DNA of 58,071 nt, taken from a virus. Lineage: Duplodnaviria > Caudoviricetes. The notes under the pieces were generated by a model that saw nothing but the letters and a program-made list of their open reading frames with translations, was not told the origin of the DNA and searched no databases. Position numbers and translations under genes: made by a program. The stretch spans positions 1 to 58,071 of IMG/VR virus record IMGVR_UViG_3300034062_006549. One strand, given 5' to 3'. Positions 46,901-56,816 of this stretch are shown piece after piece. Positions within the stretch are counted from its first letter, which is position 1; each line of letters begins with the position of its first letter.

Positions 46901-49115
46901 TTCTATTAACTCCCCCACCAGGATTATTAGGCGATGAATTGAAATATTTAGCTTTTGTATTAAAAAGATTTATTCGTTCAGGTAATGTGATATTTGATGT
47001 TAAAAATATTACATCTTCAATACCATTAGTACTTGGATTATTTTCAGTACCCTCAACAACTATTGGTGTTCTTGTATTACAATTAGATATTTTATTATTT
47101 GATGGATATACTAATGGAGCTCCCGCTAATATCGAAGTCATTTGTAATTCATCAGTATTACTTGATCCTGCAAAATATTGACCAGGACTTAATGGTGTTA
47201 AATTCATTCCTGATGGATTAGCTGATGGTAACGGAATCGGACTATTTTCAGTAGGATTTTGAGTTTCAGGTGTGTAATTTTCACTAACAGATTTACCATC
47301 CTCACAATCACAAAATTCACATTGGTCATATAACATTATAGGTAAATTAATACCTTTTATTTCAAGTTTAAGTAATTCAGTCCAAACCCATGTGATAAAA
47401 GCAGATAAAAGTAAAAATAAACCACCATTAATAAAAAATTGTACTGAACCTCCAGGGTTTGGAAATGGAGGTAATAATACAGAAACAGCTATTACAAATT
47501 GTTGTATAGCTAAAGCGAAAATATAAAGAGCAAACCCAAAAAGAAATATTTTTAATAAAAATAAAATGAATAATAATACGTGTAAAACATAAATTAGAGC
47601 ATATAAAATTGGTCTAAATATAAACATCACAAATGTGAATAATAAAAATATAATATCCCACTTAAATGAAGAATCATTAGTAGGAAATTTGTTGTTGTCA
47701 CTTTCACAACTTGGGTCTAAAATATTTTTAACTGAAATAAATCTATTAGGTAACGTACCTTTACCATATTGGTCAATCAATTGAGATACAGTATAAACTT
47801 TATTGAAAGCCATATTATAGAATGTATCCTCACAATCTATAGCAGCTTGTGGATCAGCATAATCATCCCAATCTAAACTGAACGCATATGATTTGGCTCT
47901 TTGTGATTGGGATATTATATTATTACCATTAGCATTCCATCCGTACTCTCTAACATTTGGTACTAAGAAGTATGCTCGTTTGATATTTTCAGATAAATTT
48001 GGTGATTGATTCCACTTAATTTTGAATCTATATTTACCCTTTGTTGGGATACCAATTGATGGGTCATCAGATATTATCCTTTCACCAAATTCATTTGTAG
48101 TTACATAATCTAAATTCATTGGTACATCAATCAACCAAGTCCCATTGTCATCAATAACTTGACCACCTTGTTCCAAGGCAAATACTTCTAGGATTGGTTT
48201 TCCTGTATTATCTAAACTTGTTGTTTGTCTAATTGCTAATATCTCACCAGGACCAGCAATCAAACTACAAAGTTCACCTTGTTTGAATTTAGGTTTACAA
48301 TTTTGTTTTAATGATAGGTCATCAACATTTGAAAATATTGACCCCATAAATATGGCCGTTGGTTGGATGGTAATATTGGCCTCACCAGTCAAATCAAAGT
48401 CAGTTCTTGTTATACCAATATTACATATCTCAGGTTGACCCCATAAAGGTTCAACATTAATGATTCTATTAATTGTAACGATTTGTGGTAATTCATTTAA
48501 ATTTGTTGATGATTTAAATTTAGTACCAGCAACTTGAGCATCAGTTGCCCTACCCATCCTAATAAGATCTTGTGGTGACAATGAAAATTCACCAATATCA
48601 GATAGGTCAATATCAATATGTAATGTCTGAGTCCCTCTTGGAACTCCAAAAATCATAAAGTCGCCACTCTCATTTGTTACTGCAGTATATCTAAAATATT
48701 TGTCAAAGACTTCAATGTAACTTGGGTTAGTTAAAATATCTTCTTTTTCAAAGAATGTACCAGTTGGGGAGTGGTTACTATAAGATTTTGTATAAGGTAA
48801 TAAGTTATATCTATAACCATCTTCATTTGTATCTGAAACAGATTTATAAGGGTATAAATCAGTTATGATTGGGTTATTTTCATCTTCATTTGACAATGGT
48901 ATGAAAATTGAAACTTTACAATTAGGTAAACCAAATCCTTGGTTAGCGGTAACTCTACCTATGACAACACCATAGTCGGAGCATTGTCTTGTATAAATTT
49001 GACTTTGTGTTATTTTAAGTGATAATACTTCTAAGAACTCAAAATCTTGGTCTAATAGTACTTTAATTGACTTATCTACACCTACTTGGGTTCTTAATCT
49101 ATAAGAATTTGACAT
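43974..49115 (-). CDS. very large baseplate-associated protein with internal membrane-like segment
   Basis: 1713 aa; N-terminal carboxypeptidase-regulatory-like GRV...V.IF...TNESGDFMIFGVPRG; about 95-aa hydrophobic block; TATTTAT at 49133-49139. Confidence 0.65.
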   Translation of the reverse strand: MSNSYRLRTQVGVDKSIKVLLDQDFEFLEVLSLKITQSQIYTRQCSDYGVVIGRVTANQGFGLPNCKVSIFIPLSNEDENNPIITDLYPYKSVSDTNEDGYRYNLLPYTKSYSNHSPTGTFFEKEDILTNPSYIEVFDKYFRYTAVTNESGDFMIFGVPRGTQTLHIDIDLSDIGEFSLSPQDLIRMGRATDAQVAGTKFKSSTNLNELPQIVTINRIINVEPLWGQPEICNIGITRTDFDLTGEANITIQPTAIFMGSIFSNVDDLSLKQNCKPKFKQGELCSLIAGPGEILAIRQTTSLDNTGKPILEVFALEQGGQVIDDNGTWLIDVPMNLDYVTTNEFGERIISDDPSIGIPTKGKYRFKIKWNQSPNLSENIKRAYFLVPNVREYGWNANGNNIISQSQRAKSYAFSLDWDDYADPQAAIDCEDTFYNMAFNKVYTVSQLIDQYGKGTLPNRFISVKNILDPSCESDNNKFPTNDSSFKWDIIFLLFTFVMFIFRPILYALIYVLHVLLFILFLLKIFLFGFALYIFALAIQQFVIAVSVLLPPFPNPGGSVQFFINGGLFLLLSAFITWVWTELLKLEIKGINLPIMLYDQCEFCDCEDGKSVSENYTPETQNPTENSPIPLPSANPSGMNLTPLSPGQYFAGSSNTDELQMTSILAGAPLVYPSNNKISNCNTRTPIVVEGTENNPSTNGIEDVIFLTSNITLPERINLFNTKAKYFNSSPNNPGGGVNRIKVSFQPSSSLSHFDNVVVMMCTPESAQNIVAGQMITFVNPLSSNDKNCFSGATNIYGNNAISGNGLNTTSISISYAKLDGTGNFFPPINYSIPLPESGDTNYHKFPTDIEYFQVITGLTISEYFSKSSNQLPNSLYSRILNNNMRILRIETDENTTWGRYQEFYKNPMVVLDNYEDNILVIMVRGVDPYSSRIPVRYELGRLFGYNNENQSGCVVNGDYKLNIPIQGRFKNVQHSGITPTTNSTYSNTPLFYPTFNYLPTDFSGYTSNLIQYYSNLDNNTIQPTISSVTPTTPIDERCFCTLSMTNQSSTDSTYGRRISITNQFGYEFSTCNPLATPPNNLFPCPNPDQSFGANYYRRANGSVPSMNRGYFANPTTSNRCEIVEGGSFMGLSLSLPSIRDGIIRPNDGYQYNYNSAYYSFKYPSGTTITFGTGAPQRKLVMRSDRLPTSDVLQDNCKRSFVLQQNLYLGIYTIPDEGIFQMEDQGINIASYSTGASDNDTPQNFTNQLVQSINSCKDSVPLDCYKFNRLPSGGGEFEVQDGSCKEYLGQTVFDNGCYILITTLFLSIPKDVALLGEWISRTNIIFGACRNVFSHHFTNNWINGTLYAFSFKNNRFFDENNQPFSEFCTETIYFDTPTNNFYYRSSPYYSGTSQYFVGRPITSLKFKNDRNLLFPTTIMDLGPRSNYIQEIVYSDEYDGYVVNDLQSSTFKNVSDILNIFIITRLANTSLINLILGGDGANIFEYFSRPRVTVDADYAQMISINSELGVDEFDADTYVEIPNSQDPIYFNGGDANDAIFGIFFSSDTQIRDYISPKRDIINPLATITQSNCAFNDFPIFSQRVPVYQWEIKQNQQGGIYDSIFGSQKNEWWTQGITSNQFFDFKYQSLDRVSINSRYFRTNSSPYFRDRRGYIYSVSATSSSAFEYNPLPGSREQNTDKQNAITVGAPFYFYFGLKKGKSAWDRFVTKWVNTNAI

Positions 49116-49190
49116 CTAATTTTACTTTTTTGATAAATAGTTTATAAACCATTTTCAAAATGATAAGTCAATTATTGTTAAAATAAATTA

Positions 49191-51029
49191 TCAAGAAAAA
49201 TTAACGGTCTTAAGATTCTTAACTCTGACATTAATATCCTTGTTAGAAAATCTAATTTGATACATTTGTGTTGGTTCGGCAAATATGGTATCATCAATTA
49301 ACTCAATTTGTCTTGTCGTGCTATCAATGTATCTTTGTGATGTCTGTGATGAGGAATACTGACCACCAACTCTATTAAATGCTTGGATTTCTGAGACTGA
49401 TATTACACCATTTTCTGATTGAATAATTCTTCTGATTTCAGACACGTTTACATTTTGTCCCATTTGTCTGTTTGCGGGGTCAAAATAAGTTGTAACAGAA
49501 TCAATAATCTTAGTAACAAAAACACCTTGGTTCTGACTATTATCTAATACAACATCAATGTTGATTGCCAAATCAACAACATTCGCAGATTCTATTGAGA
49601 TATAATCATTAATCATTCGATAGTTTGATAAATAATTTGCAATATTATTTTTTAAAGTATTTGATGTAATTTCAGTTAATTTACCTGAATCATCGTATGA
49701 AAGAATTTTTACTTTTATCTTATTATTTTCTTCAGTTATTGATACCTTTGCTGGTGCTCCAAACTGAGATGGCATTGTTCTTAGAATTGATTCATAGTCA
49801 TTGATAGTTACGGCTCTGTTCTGAGCTGAAAAGTTAAATGCTACCAAATTTCTTACTTCTTCAGTTGATGGGAATCCTGCACCACCGATTGCTGCAACAA
49901 CATTATTACAACTTAATGAATTAATTACACTTGTATTTACGGAATCAGAAGGACCATTAACAAAAAATGAAACAGTACCAACTTGATTTATAACTCCAAC
50001 ACCCAAATTTGACCCAAGACCACCACCAACTCTATATTGTACAAACAAAGTTGTATTTGCCTTTAAAGTACTTCCCAATGCTAAATTGTTTGAATATTTG
50101 TACAAATCTAACTTAAATCCATTTCTTGCGAATTCCGCAAGTTGTTCATCAGCGGATTGACTTCCACCACCAAATGTTAATTTCATAAATCCTTCAGCGG
50201 TATATTCACTAATGAATTTTGTACTTGTTGTAATATACCTACCAACTTTAATACCAGGTTGATCAGATACTTTGGTTGGGTCTTCAACAAATACCCTATC
50301 TTCAGCTAAAGCTTTTACTTCGTACCAACGATTATCTAATCCTTGAAATTCTTGTTCTGATGGAATGTTAGCATATTGAGTACCATCTTTTAAAAGGACA
50401 CTTGTAATGCCTAATACGTTTCGTTCAGGTAAAAAAAGTTCAAAAAATGGTTTTACATCATTTGGAGTTATAACTCTTTTGAAAACTTTAGTTAAACCAT
50501 TTACGACTGTTTCTCTTTTAACAATAGTATAATTTAATAACTTATTGTTGGCATCAAAGTTTGGAATTTTTAATCTATTTGGGTAACCTTCAGCACTTAA
50601 ACCTGATGCAAAATCAATGTCATAAACAGTTTCAAATATTTGTCCAGCACCATTTACTTGAGCACCTCTTCGTAAAATACCACAATATCTTAAATCTTCT
50701 CTATCACCAAATGCGGGAACTGTTATTGAGAAATCCACTAAACTGACTGATGGTCTAAGTCCTGGTATTTTTAAACCATACGTTCTTGCAATATTAAAAA
50801 TAGATGAACGTTGTTGGGCATATTGAAGGACTGTTTCTTGTACACTTCTATCTATATTGAATTGTAAGTTATCTGAAACAGCAGCATTTAAATCTAATAA
50901 AGCTGAGAATACAGAAGCATCATTAAAGTTTTCAATCAATTCAGGATAATAGGTTCTTGTAAAATTAATAAGTTCCGTTCTTATTGATTGAAAATCTCTG
51001 GTTGTATATGATATTTTTTTGTTTGCCAT
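49191..51029 (-). CDS. baseplate wedge subunit (T4 gp6/P2 gpJ-like)
   Basis: RDFQSIRTELI, YAQQRSSIFNIARTYG, FGGG, YRVGGG, QNRAVTINDY. Confidence 0.9.
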   Translation of the reverse strand: MANKKISYTTRDFQSIRTELINFTRTYYPELIENFNDASVFSALLDLNAAVSDNLQFNIDRSVQETVLQYAQQRSSIFNIARTYGLKIPGLRPSVSLVDFSITVPAFGDREDLRYCGILRRGAQVNGAGQIFETVYDIDFASGLSAEGYPNRLKIPNFDANNKLLNYTIVKRETVVNGLTKVFKRVITPNDVKPFFELFLPERNVLGITSVLLKDGTQYANIPSEQEFQGLDNRWYEVKALAEDRVFVEDPTKVSDQPGIKVGRYITTSTKFISEYTAEGFMKLTFGGGSQSADEQLAEFARNGFKLDLYKYSNNLALGSTLKANTTLFVQYRVGGGLGSNLGVGVINQVGTVSFFVNGPSDSVNTSVINSLSCNNVVAAIGGAGFPSTEEVRNLVAFNFSAQNRAVTINDYESILRTMPSQFGAPAKVSITEENNKIKVKILSYDDSGKLTEITSNTLKNNIANYLSNYRMINDYISIESANVVDLAINIDVVLDNSQNQGVFVTKIIDSVTTYFDPANRQMGQNVNVSEIRRIIQSENGVISVSEIQAFNRVGGQYSSSQTSQRYIDSTTRQIELIDDTIFAEPTQMYQIRFSNKDINVRVKNLKTVNFS

Positions 51030-51031
51030 AA

Positions 51032-51490
51032 TTAAATGTTAATTATAACGAAATCACTACTATTAAAAGCAGTATCAGTTATTGTGTAATCTATTTTTAT
51101 TTTTGCGGTATGTTCTTTCTCTGAAATACCAGGTACTCGATATTCTCTTTCATTATTCTCATTGATATATGTACCTTTATCTTCCTCACCCATAGAGGCT
51201 GGATTTATTGATATGTTATTAATAATGATACCTGGTAAATATTCAGATACAGAATCCCTTATTTCGGCTTCGATGTCAGAAAATGTAGGACCATCTAATG
51301 GTTCAAAAATATATTCGTATAATCTTGTACCAAAATCAGGAAGATAATATCTTGTTCCCTTTCTTGTTAACAACAAGTGTATCAAATTACTTCTAATTTC
51401 TTCATCTGATGTTTGTGATAAAGAAAGATAATCCCCTTGATAAGAATCTCTAAAAGGAAAATTTATACCATATGTTGTTCCATTAGCCAT
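51032..51490 (-). CDS. baseplate gp25/GPW-like protein
   Basis: GINFPF...IRSNLIHLLLTRKGTRYYLPDFGTRLYEYIFEP; start moved to MANGTT. Confidence 0.92.
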   Translation of the reverse strand: MANGTTYGINFPFRDSYQGDYLSLSQTSDEEIRSNLIHLLLTRKGTRYYLPDFGTRLYEYIFEPLDGPTFSDIEAEIRDSVSEYLPGIIINNISINPASMGEEDKGTYINENNEREYRVPGISEKEHTAKIKIDYTITDTAFNSSDFVIINI

Positions 51491-51539
51491 AAATATAAAT
51501 ATACATTTAATAATATTTCTATAAATACCATAAAACAAA

Positions 51540-51564
51540 AAATCACGACATTAAGTCGTGATTT
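51540..51564 (-). terminator. intrinsic terminator after nrdA
   Basis: AAATCACGAC-5 nt-GTCGTGATTT, followed by TTTGTTTT on the minus strand. Confidence 0.8.
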
Positions 51565-51569
51565 ATATT

Positions 51570-53987
51570 TTAAGCTGAACAACCAAAACATTCAAATGGT
51601 GAATCCGTTGGTTTGTTAGTTGTTGGCTCAACGTGTGGTAATGTAGGTGTTGTTCTTGGTTTATCCATTTTTGATATATCCATTGCCAAATGTTTTGCAC
51701 CAGTTGATATCGCTTTAGTTCTTACATAATAACAAAGAGTTTTCAATCCTTTTTGCCAAGCGTGGAAATGTGATGATGTAATCTTTGACAAAGTTGGGTT
51801 ACCCATATAAATGTTCATAGATTGTGATTGGTCAATAAAGGGACCTCTATCTGCTGCCATATCAATCAATTCCCTTTGTGATATTTCCCATATTGTTTTG
51901 TACTTCTTAATTAAGTGTTCAATACGTTTAACCTTTTGGTTGTATTTCTTATCTTCAGGATCTAAGTAGTTGTTAAAGTTAATATTTTGAATTGACCCTT
52001 CGTTATAAATTATTTCGTTTTTAAGGTCTTCTCCCCATATTCCAAGTTTCTCAAAATCACTTATTAGATACTTGTTAACAATCATAATTTCACCACCAAC
52101 AACTCTTCTATTAAAGATTGCGGAATGAGCTGGTTCAGTCATTTCATAACTTCCTGTTATCTTAGCAGAGCTTGCAACTGGCATCTGTGCAGTAAATAAT
52201 GAATTACAAACACCAAAGTTCATTACATTCTTTTTTAACGAATCCCAATCCCATCTACCTGATAATTCAGATTCTTTAAATCCCCACATATCAAATTGGA
52301 ATATTCCTTGTGACATTGGTGAACCATCAAAGTGGGCATATTTACTATAATCACCATCATATACCATCTTGTTACTTTCAACAATAGCCGCATAATAAAT
52401 TGTCTCAAAGATATCTTTGTTTAATTGTTTTGCTTCAGTAGATGTGAACTCATAATCCATAAGATAGAATACATCAGCTAAACCTTGTGTTCCAATAGCT
52501 ATTGCTCTTTGTTCTCTTCCACCCTTTTCACCTTTTGAAGTTGAATAATTGTTAATATCAATAACCTTATTTAGTGCTCTTACTACTTTTCTTGTTTCAT
52601 CAAACAATAATTCAAAATCAAATTCACCATCTTGTACAAAGTTTTTCAATACCATTGAAGATAGGGTACAGATTGCTGTAGTTTTTTCATCAGTAAATTG
52701 GTAAATCTCGTTACAAAGATTTGATTGTTTAATAACCCCGATGTTTTGGTGGTTAGTTTTATTATTAGCGTTATCTTTTGAACATAGATAAGGAACACCA
52801 GTTTCAATTTGAGATTCAATTACTTTTGTCCAAACATCTTGTGCTTTTACTTTTTTACCAATACCCATACTTACAGCTTGTTCATAAACACTTTCGTATT
52901 CATTACCAAAACATTCTTGTAATGGTTTTAGTCCCGCTTTCTTAATGTCATTTGGACAGAATAAATACCAATCTCCACCATCTTTCACGGCTCTCATAAA
53001 GTTATCAGGTATCCATAGAGCTGTGAATAAATCTCTTGCTCTTAATTCTTCAGCTCCAGTATTCTTTTTAATATCCAACAAATCAAAGATATCTTTGTGC
53101 CAAGGTTCAAGATATATTGCTGCAGAACCAGGTCTTCTACCTTGTTGGTTAAAGAATCTTAATGATTCATTTGCAATTTTAAGGTATTTCAATAACCCAC
53201 CAGCAAATCCACCTGAGGTGCTTAATCTACTCTCCTTACTTCTAATATTTGACATACATAGTCCAATACCTGCAGCATCAGCAGAATAAGTAGAGATGTC
53301 GTTCATTGTCGCTAACAAACCCTCTCTAGAGTCATCGTTGTTATAATGTAATACACAAGATGCCAATTGTGGAATCTTCGTACCCGCATTAATCATAATC
53401 GGTGTTGCAGGTGAGATAAGTTGATTTGATAACGACTTATAATATTCTACGGCTTCATCAAATGATTTAGTTACCCATAGAGCAACTCTCATATACATAT
53501 GTTGGGGTCTTTCAATGGTAACACCTTCTGGTGTTTTTAACAAATACATTTCAAATAATGAACGCCAAGCAAAGTAATCAAAGTTATAATCGTTCTCATG
53601 ATTTATAACTTCATCAATGTTTAAATCACCATAAGAATCAATCATATTGATTAATTCTTGATTAATAATACCAAGGTCGGCTAATGACTTCATTGTTTCA
53701 CAAAAACTTTCATTAGTTTCTTTGTGATATGAAGATATTGCAACAGAAGAAGCCAACCTCGAATAATCGTGGTGGCTACCAGTATATGATGCGGCAATCT
53801 CATAAATCAATTTATCCAATTGTTTTGTTGAAATCACACCCTCTGTTGGTACTGAAGTAATAACTTTAATAAAGATTTGATCTGAATTAACACTTAAGTT
53901 TTTACTTGCTTTTTTAATTCTATTTTGAATTTTTGTGGGGTTAAAGGCAACAACCTCCCCATTTCTTTTTTGAATTCTTAATGACAT
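51570..53987 (-). CDS. nrdA: ribonucleotide reductase class Ia alpha subunit
   Basis: ATP cone (KRNG), ERPQHMYMRVA, SNLCNEI, TLCYYVRT, C-terminal CFGC. Confidence 0.97.
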   Translation of the reverse strand: MSLRIQKRNGEVVAFNPTKIQNRIKKASKNLSVNSDQIFIKVITSVPTEGVISTKQLDKLIYEIAASYTGSHHDYSRLASSVAISSYHKETNESFCETMKSLADLGIINQELINMIDSYGDLNIDEVINHENDYNFDYFAWRSLFEMYLLKTPEGVTIERPQHMYMRVALWVTKSFDEAVEYYKSLSNQLISPATPIMINAGTKIPQLASCVLHYNNDDSREGLLATMNDISTYSADAAGIGLCMSNIRSKESRLSTSGGFAGGLLKYLKIANESLRFFNQQGRRPGSAAIYLEPWHKDIFDLLDIKKNTGAEELRARDLFTALWIPDNFMRAVKDGGDWYLFCPNDIKKAGLKPLQECFGNEYESVYEQAVSMGIGKKVKAQDVWTKVIESQIETGVPYLCSKDNANNKTNHQNIGVIKQSNLCNEIYQFTDEKTTAICTLSSMVLKNFVQDGEFDFELLFDETRKVVRALNKVIDINNYSTSKGEKGGREQRAIAIGTQGLADVFYLMDYEFTSTEAKQLNKDIFETIYYAAIVESNKMVYDGDYSKYAHFDGSPMSQGIFQFDMWGFKESELSGRWDWDSLKKNVMNFGVCNSLFTAQMPVASSAKITGSYEMTEPAHSAIFNRRVVGGEIMIVNKYLISDFEKLGIWGEDLKNEIIYNEGSIQNINFNNYLDPEDKKYNQKVKRIEHLIKKYKTIWEISQRELIDMAADRGPFIDQSQSMNIYMGNPTLSKITSSHFHAWQKGLKTLCYYVRTKAISTGAKHLAMDISKMDKPRTTPTLPHVEPTTNKPTDSPFECFGCSA

Positions 53988-53996
53988 AATTAATTT

Positions 53997-54947
53997 TTAA
54001 AAATCGTCTGTGAATGAAATAGTTTCGTTAAGTTTTGCTTTTTGATACTCCATAGTTCTTGATTCAAAGAAGTTACCTTTAGTTTCAATTGCAATTTGTT
54101 CCATAAATTTGAATGGTTGTTCTACATTGAATTGTTTACTACATCCAAACTTAACCAACAAACCATCAACAACAAACTCCAAATATTGTTTCATAAGGTT
54201 AGAGTTCATACCAATTAAAGACACCGGTAGTGACTCTGTGATAAACTCTTTCTCAATTTCCAAAGCTGAAAGTAATATTTCTTTAATTCTTTTTTCACTT
54301 GGTTTATTCTCAATATGATTATTCAACAAGTGAATTGCGAAATCACAATGTAGGTTTTCATCTTTAAAAATCAAGGAGTTTGCATTACAAAGTCCTTGCA
54401 TAATACCTCTAGATTTTAACCAAAAAATAGAACAGAAAGAACCTGAAAAGAAAATACCTTCAACCGCAGCAAATGCTACCAATCGTTCTTGGAATGATGC
54501 TTTCTCAATCCAATCTAACGCCCATTTAGCTTTTTTCTGAACCGCAGGTAATCTGTCAATAGCATTGAAGCACTCATCTTTTTCTTGTGGATTTGAGATG
54601 TAAGTATCAATTAGTAAAGAATACATTAAAGAGTGGATATTTTCCATCATTAATTGAAATCCGTAAAAGAATTTTGCTTCAGGATATTGTACTTCCCTAT
54701 AAAAGTTTTCAGCCAAGTTTTCATTTACAATTCCATCAGATGCCGCAAAGAATGACAATACGTTTTTAACGAAGTATTGTTCGTTCTCAGACAAGTTCTG
54801 CCAATCTCTGATGTCGTTGGTCAAATCAACTTCTTCTGCTGTCCAAAAGGCCGCTTGGTGTTGTTTATAGTATTCCCAAATATCGTGATATTGTATGGGG
54901 AAAATTACAAAACGATTTGGATTTTCTGTTAATATTTTTTCTGTCAT
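53997..54947 (-). CDS. nrdB: ribonucleotide reductase class Ia beta subunit
   Basis: [43 protein letters not shown]. Confidence 0.97.
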   Translation of the reverse strand: MTEKILTENPNRFVIFPIQYHDIWEYYKQHQAAFWTAEEVDLTNDIRDWQNLSENEQYFVKNVLSFFAASDGIVNENLAENFYREVQYPEAKFFYGFQLMMENIHSLMYSLLIDTYISNPQEKDECFNAIDRLPAVQKKAKWALDWIEKASFQERLVAFAAVEGIFFSGSFCSIFWLKSRGIMQGLCNANSLIFKDENLHCDFAIHLLNNHIENKPSEKRIKEILLSALEIEKEFITESLPVSLIGMNSNLMKQYLEFVVDGLLVKFGCSKQFNVEQPFKFMEQIAIETKGNFFESRTMEYQKAKLNETISFTDDF

Positions 54948-54949
54948 AA

Positions 54950-56329
54950 TTAATTGGTGTTTTCTCTTTGTTTTCTTTTTTCTAGTAAATCTTTAATTCT
55001 TTGTCTATTGTTTTCTTCTTTTTGTTCTTCGTGTCCTAAGAATGTAACTGAAGCCTCAGTATCAATTTCTAACATACTATTGTCAAACTTACAATTCTCG
55101 AAGATAATTCCATCATCACCAATCCTTGATTTTGTAATCGCAATTGTTGCCAACTTCATTTCCTTTTGTTGTAATGTTTTTGCAACTGAAATGATTACGT
55201 GTCCAACTTGAGCCTTCTTGATTGACCCACCCATTTGGTCTGTTGTTACAACTTCAGATGAAATTGAACTTCTATTACCTTGGGTTGCAGTCCAACCTAC
55301 CAAGTTTAACTCGTGACACATAGCTTCAAATGCTCTCATTACCGAACCCTCTGACTTCCATTCGTCACCCAAGTTTTTCTCAGGAACAACACAATCGATG
55401 TAATCTAATAAAATCATATCAATTTTACACCCATCAGCAATCTTTTTTCTTACAAGATTTTTAATTTGTGTCATTGTCATTGTATCAGATGGTAGTTTTT
55501 CAAGTATTAATTGATTGTCCATTTTTTGTTCAATCTCTTTTACTTTTATAATAACTTCATCCTTCTTATTAGACATATCATCAGGATGTATTTTTGTCCA
55601 CAAAGTAAAATGTTTTCTTTGAATTACTTTTGGATTATCCTCGAAAAATACTTGTAGAACATTATAACCTAAGTTAAATGCGTGATTTGATATTTTAGTA
55701 AGTAATGTTGATTTACCCACACCTGTTGGTGCTAAGATAACACCAATTTCTCCTTTTGCTAAACCACCTTTAAGTAATCTATCAATACCAGGAATACCCA
55801 TAGGAATTGGGTGTCTATAATCATCATTTAATACATCATCCAAGTTAGAAAAAACATTTAACATTCCATCTTCAACTAAACCTACTTGAAGGGCTTCACG
55901 TATCATTTCCTCAAGGGCATCATAGTTTTCAAATTCACCACCATCAATTACCTTTTGTGCTTTTGTAATTGCTTTTTGAAGTTCTTGTTGTTTACAAAAC
56001 TTCAATGCTTTTTCTTGTACAAATTCACCACCAGATATTGGTGCATCTTTTACCTTTTTGATTGTATCAATAACAACCTTGGCAATATTTTCTTGTTGAA
56101 ATTCTGATTTGGTGATTTGTTCTAATGTGTCAAAAGTGGGAACACTCTCCCACTTTTTATAGTACTCCTTAATCATTTGAATGATTAGTTTGAAGTATTT
56201 GTTTTCAAAATAAGTAGGTTCAATAACATCCAAAATTGACCTTGAAAAATTATTGTCTACCACAATTTGATTAAGTAGTTGTATCTGAAAACCACTTCCT
56301 AAATAATCAAAATTTTTATTAGATGACAT
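54950..56329 (-). CDS. replicative DNA helicase (DnaB/T4 gp41-like)
   Basis: [28 protein letters not shown]. Confidence 0.93.
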   Translation of the reverse strand: MSSNKNFDYLGSGFQIQLLNQIVVDNNFSRSILDVIEPTYFENKYFKLIIQMIKEYYKKWESVPTFDTLEQITKSEFQQENIAKVVIDTIKKVKDAPISGGEFVQEKALKFCKQQELQKAITKAQKVIDGGEFENYDALEEMIREALQVGLVEDGMLNVFSNLDDVLNDDYRHPIPMGIPGIDRLLKGGLAKGEIGVILAPTGVGKSTLLTKISNHAFNLGYNVLQVFFEDNPKVIQRKHFTLWTKIHPDDMSNKKDEVIIKVKEIEQKMDNQLILEKLPSDTMTMTQIKNLVRKKIADGCKIDMILLDYIDCVVPEKNLGDEWKSEGSVMRAFEAMCHELNLVGWTATQGNRSSISSEVVTTDQMGGSIKKAQVGHVIISVAKTLQQKEMKLATIAITKSRIGDDGIIFENCKFDNSMLEIDTEASVTFLGHEEQKEENNRQRIKDLLEKRKQRENTN

Positions 56330-56356
56330 ACGTTTGAATTGTTGTATGAATAAATA

Positions 56357-56809
56357 TTACACTCTAGTACTAAGTCCCAAATAATCAAAAGAAAGATCTT
56401 TAGATGAAAAAAGACCACTCAAATCTTGTAAAATTGTTTTGATTGTTTGTCTAATGTCAACTGTGTATCTAATCTTCGGGGGGTAGATTTTAGCGTCAAA
56501 TCTTCTGTGACAAAGTAACTTTTCCCCTTGTTTTAAATAAATGTTAAAGTATTCAGGACCATCAACATATGATGTATTCAACAAAGATGGATTGTTTTGA
56601 ATATCATATTGATTCTCCAATAGATAAGAAACTGCCTTCATCTTAAGTTGATAATTTAATGATGCTATCATATCATCCATATACTCTTTGAAGTCCATAG
56701 AATTTCTTGCATCAGAATTGTACTCTCTTACATTGAAATATCTTTGAACGATTATATTATCATTCACCATCATTAAGAATTCCAATTTTGTAATGTCTTG
56801 TTCTCTCAT
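56357..56809 (-). CDS. hypothetical protein in replication cluster
   Basis: 150-aa ORF between the exonuclease and helicase. Confidence 0.8.
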   Translation of the reverse strand: MREQDITKLEFLMMVNDNIIVQRYFNVREYNSDARNSMDFKEYMDDMIASLNYQLKMKAVSYLLENQYDIQNNPSLLNTSYVDGPEYFNIYLKQGEKLLCHRRFDAKIYPPKIRYTVDIRQTIKTILQDLSGLFSSKDLSFDYLGLSTRV

Positions 56810-56816
56810 TGTTTTG

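Noticed and set aside
51570-54947. Eukaryotic or giant-virus origin suggested by eukaryote-like NrdA/NrdB, LRRs and mucin-like proteins
   Set aside because: Sigma-70, gp25, gp6-like wedge, DnaB-type helicase and intrinsic terminators indicate a tailed bacteriophage; Bacteroidota also carry this RNR subclass
51570-56329. Inteins or introns in nrdA, nrdB or the helicase
   Set aside because: Lengths are normal, the ORFs are uninterrupted, and no intein motifs were seen
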